From IMG/VR virus record IMGVR_UViG_3300034072_002247: DNA of 64,000 nt; one strand, 5' to 3'. Source of the DNA: an uncultured virus (IMG/VR IMGVR_UViG_3300034072_002247) (lineage: Duplodnaviria; Heunggongvirae; Uroviricota; Caudoviricetes). The first letter of the stretch is position 1; each line of letters starts with the position of its first letter. Under the pieces are notes generated by a model. It worked only from the letters and a program-made list of their open reading frames with translations, searched no databases and was not told the DNA's origin. Shown here piece by piece: positions 1-8,145 of the stretch. The position numbers and the translations under genes were made by a program.

Positions 1-471
1 TTATTTTATATAATTTTTAATACTTATATCTATTATTTTATCTAAATTAAAAGATTTAACAGCATCTTGATTTTTAAAAAATTTATTTGCAACTAACATT
101 TCTTCAGTTAATATGTGCTTAGCTACAGTTTTTTTGTATTTAGCTTTTAATAGTCTTTCTCTTTTTAAGTTTATTTGCAATATCCAATCAACTAACTTGC
201 AATAACATTTCAAAAAATCTGGCATTGTTTTTAATTTGTTAGCATATTTTTTAAAAAAGTCACCTTCAACTTCCATAAGTTGATCTTTTATTATTTTTTT
301 TGCATAATTTATATTTTTTACATTTATATCATTTTTGAAAATAGTTGACATCCCAAATATTAAACTTTCCCACTCTGATTCATTTAATTTTAAATCATGT
401 ATTATTTTTGCAGTCATTAATATCATTACATCATATGGTTTTTCAATTATTTTAGACATATATTTTTCCAT
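1..471 (-). CDS. hypothetical protein
   Basis: 156-aa ORF, no recognisable motif. Confidence 0.6.
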   Translation of the reverse strand: MEKYMSKIIEKPYDVMILMTAKIIHDLKLNESEWESLIFGMSTIFKNDINVKNINYAKKIIKDQLMEVEGDFFKKYANKLKTMPDFLKCYCKLVDWILQINLKRERLLKAKYKKTVAKHILTEEMLVANKFFKNQDAVKSFNLDKIIDISIKNYIK

Positions 472-492
472 TTAATAAATTCATTTTAAAAT

Positions 493-777
493 CTAAATTG
501 TTAAATTATCATTAACAGCAATTATAAACTCTTCAATATTTTTTATTATATCTCTAACATACTCTTTATTTTCAGCAATAAATGATTTATTTTCTTCCAT
601 TACTAATTCTAAAATTGTAGCAATATAAAAATCTATTAAATTCATTATTCTATAATATTCTATTTTTTCGTCATCTTTTAAAAAATCAACTGCAACATTA
701 TCAAGTTTTTCTTTTAAATTTAATAAATTTTCTGAAATTTCATTTATCTTTTCATAAAATCCTATCTTTTTTGACAT
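493..777 (-). CDS. hypothetical protein
   Basis: 94-aa ORF with AAGGA SD upstream. Confidence 0.6.
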   Translation of the reverse strand: MSKKIGFYEKINEISENLLNLKEKLDNVAVDFLKDDEKIEYYRIMNLIDFYIATILELVMEENKSFIAENKEYVRDIIKNIEEFIIAVNDNLTI

Positions 778-891
778 TTAATAAATCCTTTTTTTATTTG
801 TTTATTTATAATTTAGCATTAAATATCATTAAGTAAAATACTTATTAAAAAATATTAAGTCAAAAAAAACACGTCATTTTTAGAACACCAC

Positions 892-919
892 TTGACAACT
901 AAAAAAAAGTTGCTAATAT
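892..919 (+). promoter_or_regulatory. sigma70-type promoter for the GGA-repeat RNA
   Basis: TTGACA 892-897, 16-nt spacer, TGn-TAATAT 911-919. Confidence 0.65.
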
Positions 920-924
920 GAGAT

Positions 925-1176
925 TGTCAGCAACAATAATAACAAAATTTATTTTATAGGAATTTAAAATAAAATGCTGTCTTAAGGTAAGGATGCTTTA
1001 ATATAGAAAAAGGATAATCTAGGATTTTTTATCAGGAAGATAAAAAGATTGAATGGATGTCTGAAATTAAAGGACTTTATAGGAACCGAAATTAGATTAA
1101 GCAGGATGTTACTCTAGTTTTTCTACAAGGATAGTTAAAAAATTTAAAAGAGTCTTAGCAATAAGGCTCTTTTTTT
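925..1176 (+). ncRNA. CsrB/RsmY/RsmZ-like CsrA-sequestering sRNA
   Basis: ORF-free; ten GGA motifs (959, 991, 1012, 1022, 1035, 1055, 1072, 1082, 1104, 1129), several in hairpin loops (e.g. TTTTTATC-AGGAA-GATAAAAA); own promoter and terminator; 5' end approximate. Confidence 0.75.
1146..1176 (+). terminator. intrinsic terminator
   Basis: AAAAGAGTCTTA-GCAA-TAAGGCTCTTTT followed by T-tract. Confidence 0.85.
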
Positions 1177-1219
1177 ATTCTTTAAAAATGTTAAAATATA
1201 AAAAACAATAAAAATCAAA

Positions 1220-1855
1220 ATGTATATTCAAAAAATAATAGAAAAATATAATCCAGAAGCAGCATTTAATTATGGTTCGTTTCTTTATAAAAATAAAAAA
1301 CCTAGTGATTATGATTTTATTATTGTTACTGATAAAGATTATTTTCAAGAATCATTTGAGTTAGAAGGTGTTAAATTTGAAGTTACTAATTATAAAAAAG
1401 AACAATTTTTAGATCTTTTGAAAAAACATGAAATAGCAATTCTTGAGTGTATATTTATAGAGTCTGATAAACATATGTCAGCAGAAATTAAAAATTACTT
1501 TGATAATTTTAAAATAGAAAAAGAACAACTAAGAGAAAGCTTATCTTCAAAAAGCTCTAATAGTTATGTAAAAGCTAAAAAAAAGTTGATAATTGAAGAA
1601 GATTTTGACTTAAATGTTTCATTAAAATCATTATGGCATTCTTTTAGAATTTTAAAATTTGGAATAGATATCGCCAAAAATGGCAATATAAATCCTGAAT
1701 CTTGTAATAATCTTTATGAACAAATTAAAATGGATTATATTGTTTTTGGTAATGATTGGGATAAAATACATAAAAAATATAAACCAATATATAATGATCT
1801 AGCATCAGAATTTAAATTAATATGTCCAAAGAAAAATAAAATTATTCTTCAATAA
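1220..1855 (+). CDS. Pol-beta-superfamily nucleotidyltransferase
   Basis: N-terminal GS...SDYD motif (YGSFLY...SDYDFIIV). Confidence 0.75.
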   Translation: MYIQKIIEKYNPEAAFNYGSFLYKNKKPSDYDFIIVTDKDYFQESFELEGVKFEVTNYKKEQFLDLLKKHEIAILECIFIESDKHMSAEIKNYFDNFKIEKEQLRESLSSKSSNSYVKAKKKLIIEEDFDLNVSLKSLWHSFRILKFGIDIAKNGNINPESCNNLYEQIKMDYIVFGNDWDKIHKKYKPIYNDLASEFKLICPKKNKIILQ

Positions 1856-2555
1856 ATTTAAATATATATTCTGATCTTATTGCTAATATTGCAATCAAAA
1901 TTAAATAAACTTCAAAATCATAATGTGAATATTTTTCTATAAAATAGTCTACAAAATTATAAAAATTATTTAAAATTAATTCTTTTTGCTTTTCTGATTC
2001 ATTTCCATATAATACTAATGATTCTATATATTCCATTTTTTCGAAGTTATTCATATGAGCTAAACAGCCAAGTAAAAAAGTTATTCTATATTTATCTTGA
2101 GGTGCAAAATCTCCAATTTCATATAATACACTGTCACAATGTTCATTATTATATTCTTTTACTTGAATATTTCTTTTATTTAGAAGATAAATATGAGATC
2201 TAATTAATGCGGTGCAAAATTCTCCTAAATAAGAAAATTCAATATCACTTTTCTTTACAGGAACTTTAATATGATCTAAAAGTTCATCAATTTCAAATAA
2301 TACTAAATTTCTGTAATTGTTTTCTTTATTTTTTAAAATTGAATTAATATAATCATAAAAATATTTTGTTGGATTTCCATTAATTTGTTTTCTTAAAATT
2401 TTTTCATTAAAGTATAAAAACATACGAGTATTAATTATACCACCAGCGATAGGAGCCATAAATTCTATTGGAGTAATTCCAGCAACATTTTTAATTACTT
2501 GTTCTTGTATTCCAATTTGTTTAACTATCTCATTTATATTAATAGAATTTTCCAT
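1842..2555 (-). CDS. hypothetical protein
   Basis: 237-aa ORF with AAGGAG SD. Confidence 0.65.
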   Translation of the reverse strand: MENSININEIVKQIGIQEQVIKNVAGITPIEFMAPIAGGIINTRMFLYFNEKILRKQINGNPTKYFYDYINSILKNKENNYRNLVLFEIDELLDHIKVPVKKSDIEFSYLGEFCTALIRSHIYLLNKRNIQVKEYNNEHCDSVLYEIGDFAPQDKYRITFLLGCLAHMNNFEKMEYIESLVLYGNESEKQKELILNNFYNFVDYFIEKYSHYDFEVYLILIAILAIRSEYIFKFIEE

Positions 2556-2677
2556 ACATACTCCTTTTTAGTGGAATTATATTTCATAAAAAAAAAACTG
2601 TCAATTTATATTTAATCTACCATAAAATTTTTTTTATGTTATAATTATATTATATATAAATTAGAGGATATTAAAAG

Positions 2678-5035
2678 ATGAGAGTTGTTTATTTTTTATC
2701 AGGAATGCCAGGAACTGGAAAAAGTACATTTATTAACAAGAATGAATTAGAAGCATTAACTATTTCATTAGACACACTTAGAAATATTTATTCAGGTTTA
2801 CAAACTGATTATATAGGAAATATTGTTTTATCCCAAGATAAAAATGATTATGTATATGCTAAATTTTTAGAAGCACTTAAATTTAGATTACAATTAGGTG
2901 GTAAAATTATTATAGATAATTTAAACCCAAAAAATAAAGACATTAAAGAAGTTGTTGAAATCTTAAATCAATATGACTATGATTATAAAGTTGTTCAATT
3001 TAAATTGGAAGATTTAAATTTTTATTTAGAAAGAAATAAGCAAAGAAGTAAATATAAAAGTATTCCAGAAGAAACTATAAAAAATATTTATAAACTATTT
3101 CAAGAAAGAGATTTTCCAAAAGATAAAATAATAACTCCTGAAGAAGCTATTAAAGAAATAAATGCCTCTCCTGAAGATTTACTTGAAGATGTTAGTCATT
3201 ATAAGAAAATTCACTTTATAGGTGATTTACAGGGTTGTTTTTATCCAATCTATAATTACTTAAAAACAAATGGAATAAAAGATGATGAACTTTATGTATT
3301 CTTAGGCGATTATATTGATAGAGGTATTGAAAATGATAAATGTTTAGAATTTGTTTTAAGCAATATACATAAGAAAAATTTTATATTTATAATGGGTAAC
3401 CATGAAAAACATTTATATAATTATAGCAATAATTTATTAAAGCCGCCAACTGAATTTATGTTGCAAACTTTGCCACAGTTGAAGCAGGCTAACTTCTCAA
3501 ATGATAAAATGAAAGAAGTTTATAGAAATCTTCATTTATTCAAATTTTTAAAACATAATGATAAAAAAATATTTGTATCACATGCGGGATTAATTACTAT
3601 TCCAGATAGACCTAATATATTAAATTTTGATGAATATATGAAAGGGCATGGTAGTTATGCATTTAATGTTGATGCTGCATTCCAAGAAAAAAATCAAACT
3701 AATGAATGGTATCAAGTTCACGGACATAGAAATAAATATAAATTAGATTTTAATAGTTATACAAAAAGCTTTGCGTTAGAAGCTGATGTAGAAAATGGTG
3801 GTAACTTACCTATTTTAAGACTTGATTCTAATGGTTTTGATGGGGTTTATATACATAATAAAATATTTAATAGAGAGTTAATAATGAAAAGAGAAAAAGA
3901 ACAAAATATGTTTTTAACAAAAGTTATAAATAGTAGTGTAGGTGAATTTTTAACAAGTAGAATTAATTATGATAAAAATGGATTAGAAATTATTAATGAA
4001 CTAAGAAAAAATGATCTTATTAGAGAAAAAACATTTGAAGATCTTCCTCATATATCTTCATTCAATTTCAAAAAACAAGCATTTTTTGATAAGAGATTTG
4101 ATGATGAATTAGTTATCCATGCAAGAGGATTATTCTTTAATAATTTAACAGGTGAAATTGTTGCTCGTGGTTTTGAAAAATTCTTTAATATTAATGAAAG
4201 AGGAATAGAGTCAGCTAAAATTGAGAATATTGAAAGAACATTCAAAATGCCAGTAACACTTTATGAGAAAGAAAATGGATTTTTAGGTTTAATTGGTTAT
4301 GATTCAAGTAATCATTCATTATTATATGCATCTAAAAGTGATATTGGTGGCGAATTTTCTCAATATCTTGAAAATATTGCTAAAACACAATTTAGTTCTG
4401 GAGAATTAGAATATTTAAAAATATTTGCTAACAAACATAATGTCAACTTTATATTTGAGGTTAATGATCCTATAAATGATCCACATATTATAAAATATGA
4501 AAAACCACATTTAGTTTTATTAAGTGTAGTAAAAAGAGAATTAAGATATTCTGAAATGTCTTATGACCACTTATTAGAATTTGCGAAAGAGTTCAAAGAC
4601 TTACCAGTTAAGAAAAAATTAGTACAAATTAACAATTTTAAATCTTTTATGGGCTTCTATAATTCAGTAAGTAAAGAAAGTGCATTAACTACAAAGAGAC
4701 AATTAGAAGGTTATGTTGTTCAAGATAATGATCTAAATATGGTTAAAATAAAACTACCTTTCTATAACTTCTGGAAATGTATGCGTGGTTTTATAGATCA
4801 GATGAATAATGCTGAAGATAAAAACAAAACATTTGAAATTACAAATACGGTTAACAACCATTTCTTAATTAATGATTCAGATAAAGAATCTGCTATTAAG
4901 TTTTTAGAATATGTTAAATCAATTCCAAGAGAAAACAGAGAAAGAGATATCATATCTTTAAGAGATGATTTCTTAAATAAAAATGATAATCAAAATAAGG
5001 TTGTTTTAGAAAAGAAAAATAAATTAAAAATATAA
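2678..5035 (+). CDS. Pnkp-like RNA repair fusion: P-loop kinase + calcineurin-like phosphoesterase + Rnl1-like RNA ligase
   Basis: GMPGTGKS Walker A; GDLQG, GDYIDRG, GNHE, HGH phosphoesterase motifs; ARGFEKFFN, EKENG, FIFE, EGYV, KIK ligase motifs. Confidence 0.85.
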   Translation: MRVVYFLSGMPGTGKSTFINKNELEALTISLDTLRNIYSGLQTDYIGNIVLSQDKNDYVYAKFLEALKFRLQLGGKIIIDNLNPKNKDIKEVVEILNQYDYDYKVVQFKLEDLNFYLERNKQRSKYKSIPEETIKNIYKLFQERDFPKDKIITPEEAIKEINASPEDLLEDVSHYKKIHFIGDLQGCFYPIYNYLKTNGIKDDELYVFLGDYIDRGIENDKCLEFVLSNIHKKNFIFIMGNHEKHLYNYSNNLLKPPTEFMLQTLPQLKQANFSNDKMKEVYRNLHLFKFLKHNDKKIFVSHAGLITIPDRPNILNFDEYMKGHGSYAFNVDAAFQEKNQTNEWYQVHGHRNKYKLDFNSYTKSFALEADVENGGNLPILRLDSNGFDGVYIHNKIFNRELIMKREKEQNMFLTKVINSSVGEFLTSRINYDKNGLEIINELRKNDLIREKTFEDLPHISSFNFKKQAFFDKRFDDELVIHARGLFFNNLTGEIVARGFEKFFNINERGIESAKIENIERTFKMPVTLYEKENGFLGLIGYDSSNHSLLYASKSDIGGEFSQYLENIAKTQFSSGELEYLKIFANKHNVNFIFEVNDPINDPHIIKYEKPHLVLLSVVKRELRYSEMSYDHLLEFAKEFKDLPVKKKLVQINNFKSFMGFYNSVSKESALTTKRQLEGYVVQDNDLNMVKIKLPFYNFWKCMRGFIDQMNNAEDKNKTFEITNTVNNHFLINDSDKESAIKFLEYVKSIPRENRERDIISLRDDFLNKNDNQNKVVLEKKNKLKI

Positions 5036-5114
5036 AAAAAAACTCATAAGCCTTTGGGGGGATAACTTATGAGTCTAGTGTATGGGGTATATCTTATTAT
5101 AGTTATTTGGGGGA
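5033..5114 (-). ncRNA. candidate ~80-nt sRNA with C-rich motifs
   Basis: minus-strand TTGATT-17-TATAAT promoter (5148-5120); terminator ACTCATAAG/CTTATGAGT plus U-tract; UCCCCCAAA at the 5' end and in the terminator loop. Confidence 0.5.
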
Positions 5115-5253
5115 CTTAGATTATATTCCATACATAAAAAAAAATCAATAGAATTTTTAAACTTTTATTTTATTTATATTTTTAATAATATTTTATTGAC
5201 TTAATAAACCTGTCTAGATATAATGAAACAGAGTATAGTATAAGGAGATTTTT

Positions 5254-5835
5254 ATGCAACAAATGATTAGTGATAATCAAGATATTTATGTTCAAAATTT
5301 AAAGATTCAACTTTCAAATGCAATTATAAAATTAATAAAAAATAAAAAAATGAAACAAAAAGAAATCCAATCTATTTTAGATATTAAACAACCTAGAGTT
5401 AGTAATTTAATGAATCGTAAAATTGATAAATTTTCTATTGACTCATTATTAGAGTATTTAAATAAAATTGGTTATGTAATTGTTGAATATCATGAGAAAT
5501 CACAGGAAGAATATTTGAATAACATAAAAAGAAAACTTATTTCTTCAATTGTTAATATAATAAAAGATAATAAACTTAAACAAAAAGAAATTCAATCTAT
5601 CTTAGATATTAAACAACCTAGAGTTAGTGATTTAGTTAATTATAAAATTGACAAATTTTCTATTGATTCTCTTTTAGATTATTTAAATAAAATTGGCTAT
5701 AAAGTTAATCTTGGAGTACATGAATCAAGTAAATCTCCAATATCTATTCAATTTATCAATGTTAATAAAAATCTTAAAAAACCAACATTTGGTAAAAAGT
5801 ATATTAGAGAACAATCAACTAAAGAAGCAGCTTAA
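5254..5835 (+). CDS. tandem XRE-family HTH transcriptional regulator
   Basis: two near-identical KQKEIQSILDIKQPRVS.L...KIDKFSIDSLL.YLNKIGY units. Confidence 0.85.
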   Translation: MQQMISDNQDIYVQNLKIQLSNAIIKLIKNKKMKQKEIQSILDIKQPRVSNLMNRKIDKFSIDSLLEYLNKIGYVIVEYHEKSQEEYLNNIKRKLISSIVNIIKDNKLKQKEIQSILDIKQPRVSDLVNYKIDKFSIDSLLDYLNKIGYKVNLGVHESSKSPISIQFINVNKNLKKPTFGKKYIREQSTKEAA

Positions 5836-5847
5836 ATAAAAAGGCTC

Positions 5848-6483
5848 TTATGAGCCTTTTTTATTTTCTAACATCTCTAATCTTTTTTCTAAATAATTTA
5901 TCTTTTCAGTTAACATTCTATACACATAATCTGATTCAACTCCAAGTGACACTTTATAATGACCATATATTTTTTCTATGTTATAGTTTTTATCTAACTT
6001 AATAACTTGAACACCAGATTTAAAATCAGTTAATAACTCTAAGCCTTCTGTTAATCTATAATCATCTAAATAAAAAACTCTTTTAATTCCACTTTGAATT
6101 ATTCTTTTTGCACATTCTATACAAGGTATATTAGTAACAAATAATGTTCCATTTTTTATACTAAGAGTGCTTTGTTCAGCCTTTGACATTCCATTAGCTT
6201 CTCCATGAAGAGTTTTTGGATCAGTCACATCTTGTCCCGGTAATTCACAAACATTATCAAATCCAGATGGTGTTCCATTGTAGCCCATTAACATTTCATT
6301 ATTTGCGGTTAATATTATAGATCCAACTTTTAATCTTAAGCAATAAGACATTTCACTTACAACTTCTTTTGCCATTTTCATATACATTTTTATAAACTTT
6401 TGATCTAAATGTTTTTCAAATTGATTTATTTCTTTTTCTATATCATCTTTTTCTAGTAACTGGTTAAATTTACCATATCTCAT
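5848..6483 (-). CDS. dCMP deaminase
   Basis: C.RLKVG, GYNGTPSG, HGE and PCIEC zinc motifs. Confidence 0.9.
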   Translation of the reverse strand: MRYGKFNQLLEKDDIEKEINQFEKHLDQKFIKMYMKMAKEVVSEMSYCLRLKVGSIILTANNEMLMGYNGTPSGFDNVCELPGQDVTDPKTLHGEANGMSKAEQSTLSIKNGTLFVTNIPCIECAKRIIQSGIKRVFYLDDYRLTEGLELLTDFKSGVQVIKLDKNYNIEKIYGHYKVSLGVESDYVYRMLTEKINYLEKRLEMLENKKGS

Positions 6484-6597
6484 ACTAATTCTCCTATATC
6501 GAAAAAAATAATAACATTAAATAAATAATGATCAATAGATTTTGACATTTTTATTTTAAATGTTAATTTATTTAGATATGATTAAAAAGGAGATTTT

Positions 6598-7353
6598 ATG
6601 CAAAAACCATATAAAAATATAAGTGATACCAATACTGCATTTGGAAATTTACATTCAAGTTGCATGGAAAAAGGGGTTATAAAAAACTATACTAAATTAT
6701 ACAATCAGGCTATGAATTTATACGATGAACTTGAAGAACTTTATGATGATGGATTTTCTATTTTAAAAAAAGAGCCATTGAGTAAAGAGGGAAGAAAAGG
6801 AATGGTTGACGCAATTGCTGATTTAATTGTATTTCTTTATGGTATTCCACATTTCTTAGGTTATGTTTATACAGAAAAAAAATCAAATCCTGTATTAAAA
6901 GATATTTTAATAGATTATAAAGATAAAGATGACAACTCTTTCTATTCTCATGTAATGGAAGATATAAAACAATTAATTGATGATATAATTAATTCTATTC
7001 ATAATAAAAATAATCATACAGTAATAATGAAATATGTAGAAGAATTAGATTCATATTTAATGACTGTTTCTGATTTATATAATGTGAACATAGATAAATT
7101 AATACAAAAAGTTACAGAAAGTAATTTCAGTAAACTTTGTAAAAATCAAACTGAATTAGAATCTACTTTAAAATCTTATAGAGATCAAGGTGTTGAAGTT
7201 TATTCTGGAGAGTCACCTTTATCTCAACCAGATGGAACTCCTTATTATGTAGTTTACTCTGCAAAAGATCAAACTGTTAATGGTAAAGTATATAGAGAAG
7301 ATAAATTCTTAAAAAATGTTAATTGGTTTGAACCTGACATTAGTGATATTTAA
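6598..7353 (+). CDS. MazG-like/all-alpha NTP pyrophosphohydrolase
   Basis: DELEEL, DAIADLIV, ESNFSK motifs. Confidence 0.7.
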   Translation: MQKPYKNISDTNTAFGNLHSSCMEKGVIKNYTKLYNQAMNLYDELEELYDDGFSILKKEPLSKEGRKGMVDAIADLIVFLYGIPHFLGYVYTEKKSNPVLKDILIDYKDKDDNSFYSHVMEDIKQLIDDIINSIHNKNNHTVIMKYVEELDSYLMTVSDLYNVNIDKLIQKVTESNFSKLCKNQTELESTLKSYRDQGVEVYSGESPLSQPDGTPYYVVYSAKDQTVNGKVYREDKFLKNVNWFEPDISDI

Positions 7354-7360
7354 AATAATA

Positions 7361-7386
7361 AAAAAGTCCTTTATGGGACTTTTTTT
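7361..7386. terminator. bidirectional intrinsic terminator
   Basis: AAAAGTCC-TTTAT-GGGACTTTT between convergent genes. Confidence 0.75.
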
Positions 7387-7546
7387 ATATATCTTGTTTT
7401 CTAAGTTTCGCTGGATTAAATGAATCTTTTCCTTCTCCACGTTTCATCTTAGCTTTTTTATCTTCTACTACTTTTGTTGTGCAGCCTACTTCATTCATAT
7501 ATTTAGCAACAAAATTTCTAATGCTATTGTCTGTTTTATTTTTCAT
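7385..7546 (-). CDS. small basic protein, possibly ArfA-like
   Basis: AGAGGA SD before ATG at 7546 (53 aa); DNSIRNFVAK...KVVEDKK...KRGEGK pattern. Confidence 0.5.
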   Translation of the reverse strand: MKNKTDNSIRNFVAKYMNEVGCTTKVVEDKKAKMKRGEGKDSFNPAKLRKQDI

Positions 7547-7646
7547 GATTAATTCCTCTATTTTTATAAATTTTATCATAAAAATAGTATCTTTACAAAT
7601 ATTTTAATAAATGTTATAATCATTCTTTAACAAAAAGGAGAGTATC

Positions 7647-8084
7647 ATGACATTGAAACAAACAATTCAAGCAGAAAAAATTAAAGCAATGAAAGATAAA
7701 AACAAAGAACGTAATGAGGTTCTTTCTTTAATTATGGCTGAAATTAAACAAATTGAAGTTGACACAAGAAATACGGAATTATCTCAGGAGCAAGTTGAAT
7801 CTATTCTTAAAAAAATGGTAAAGACTAGAGAAGAGTCTTCAAAGATTTTTAAAGTAAACGGTAGAGAAGATCTTGCAGCAAAAGAAGAATTCCAATTATC
7901 AATTATTTTTGAATTCTTACCAAAACAACTTACTTCTGAGGAAGTTGATGCCATTATTAATAAAGTAATGTCTCAAGTAGAAGAAAAAACTATTAAAACT
8001 CTTATGCCTTTACTAAAGAAAGAGTTAGATGGTAAAGCTAATATGAGAGAAGTTCAAGAAAAAATTAAAAAGCTATTAAATTAA
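7647..8084 (+). CDS. yqeY: GatB/YqeY domain protein
   Basis: KAMKDK...IKQIEVD...R.ES...GREDLA.KE...FLPKQL signature. Confidence 0.9.
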   Translation: MTLKQTIQAEKIKAMKDKNKERNEVLSLIMAEIKQIEVDTRNTELSQEQVESILKKMVKTREESSKIFKVNGREDLAAKEEFQLSIIFEFLPKQLTSEEVDAIINKVMSQVEEKTIKTLMPLLKKELDGKANMREVQEKIKKLLN

Positions 8085-8114
8085 TAGCTTTTTTAATTAA
8101 ACAAATTAAGTAAT

Positions 8115-8145
8115 AAAAAAGCACGCTTAGCGTGCTTTCTTTTTT
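8115..8145. terminator. bidirectional intrinsic terminator
   Basis: AAAGCACG-CTTAG-CGTGCTTT with flanking A/T tracts. Confidence 0.8.

Noticed and set aside
925..1176. CRISPR array or iteron origin
   Set aside because: Only a 3-5-nt GGA core recurs at irregular spacing; no long direct repeats, cas or rep gene.
5254..5835. HigBA-type toxin-antitoxin module
   Set aside because: The HTH resembles antitoxin XRE domains, but no adjacent toxin ORF is present.
5848..7353. dCTP-deaminase/dNTP-depletion defence system
   Set aside because: Ordinary single-domain dCMP deaminase and NTP pyrophosphatase; more simply nucleotide-pool supply for an AT-rich replicon.
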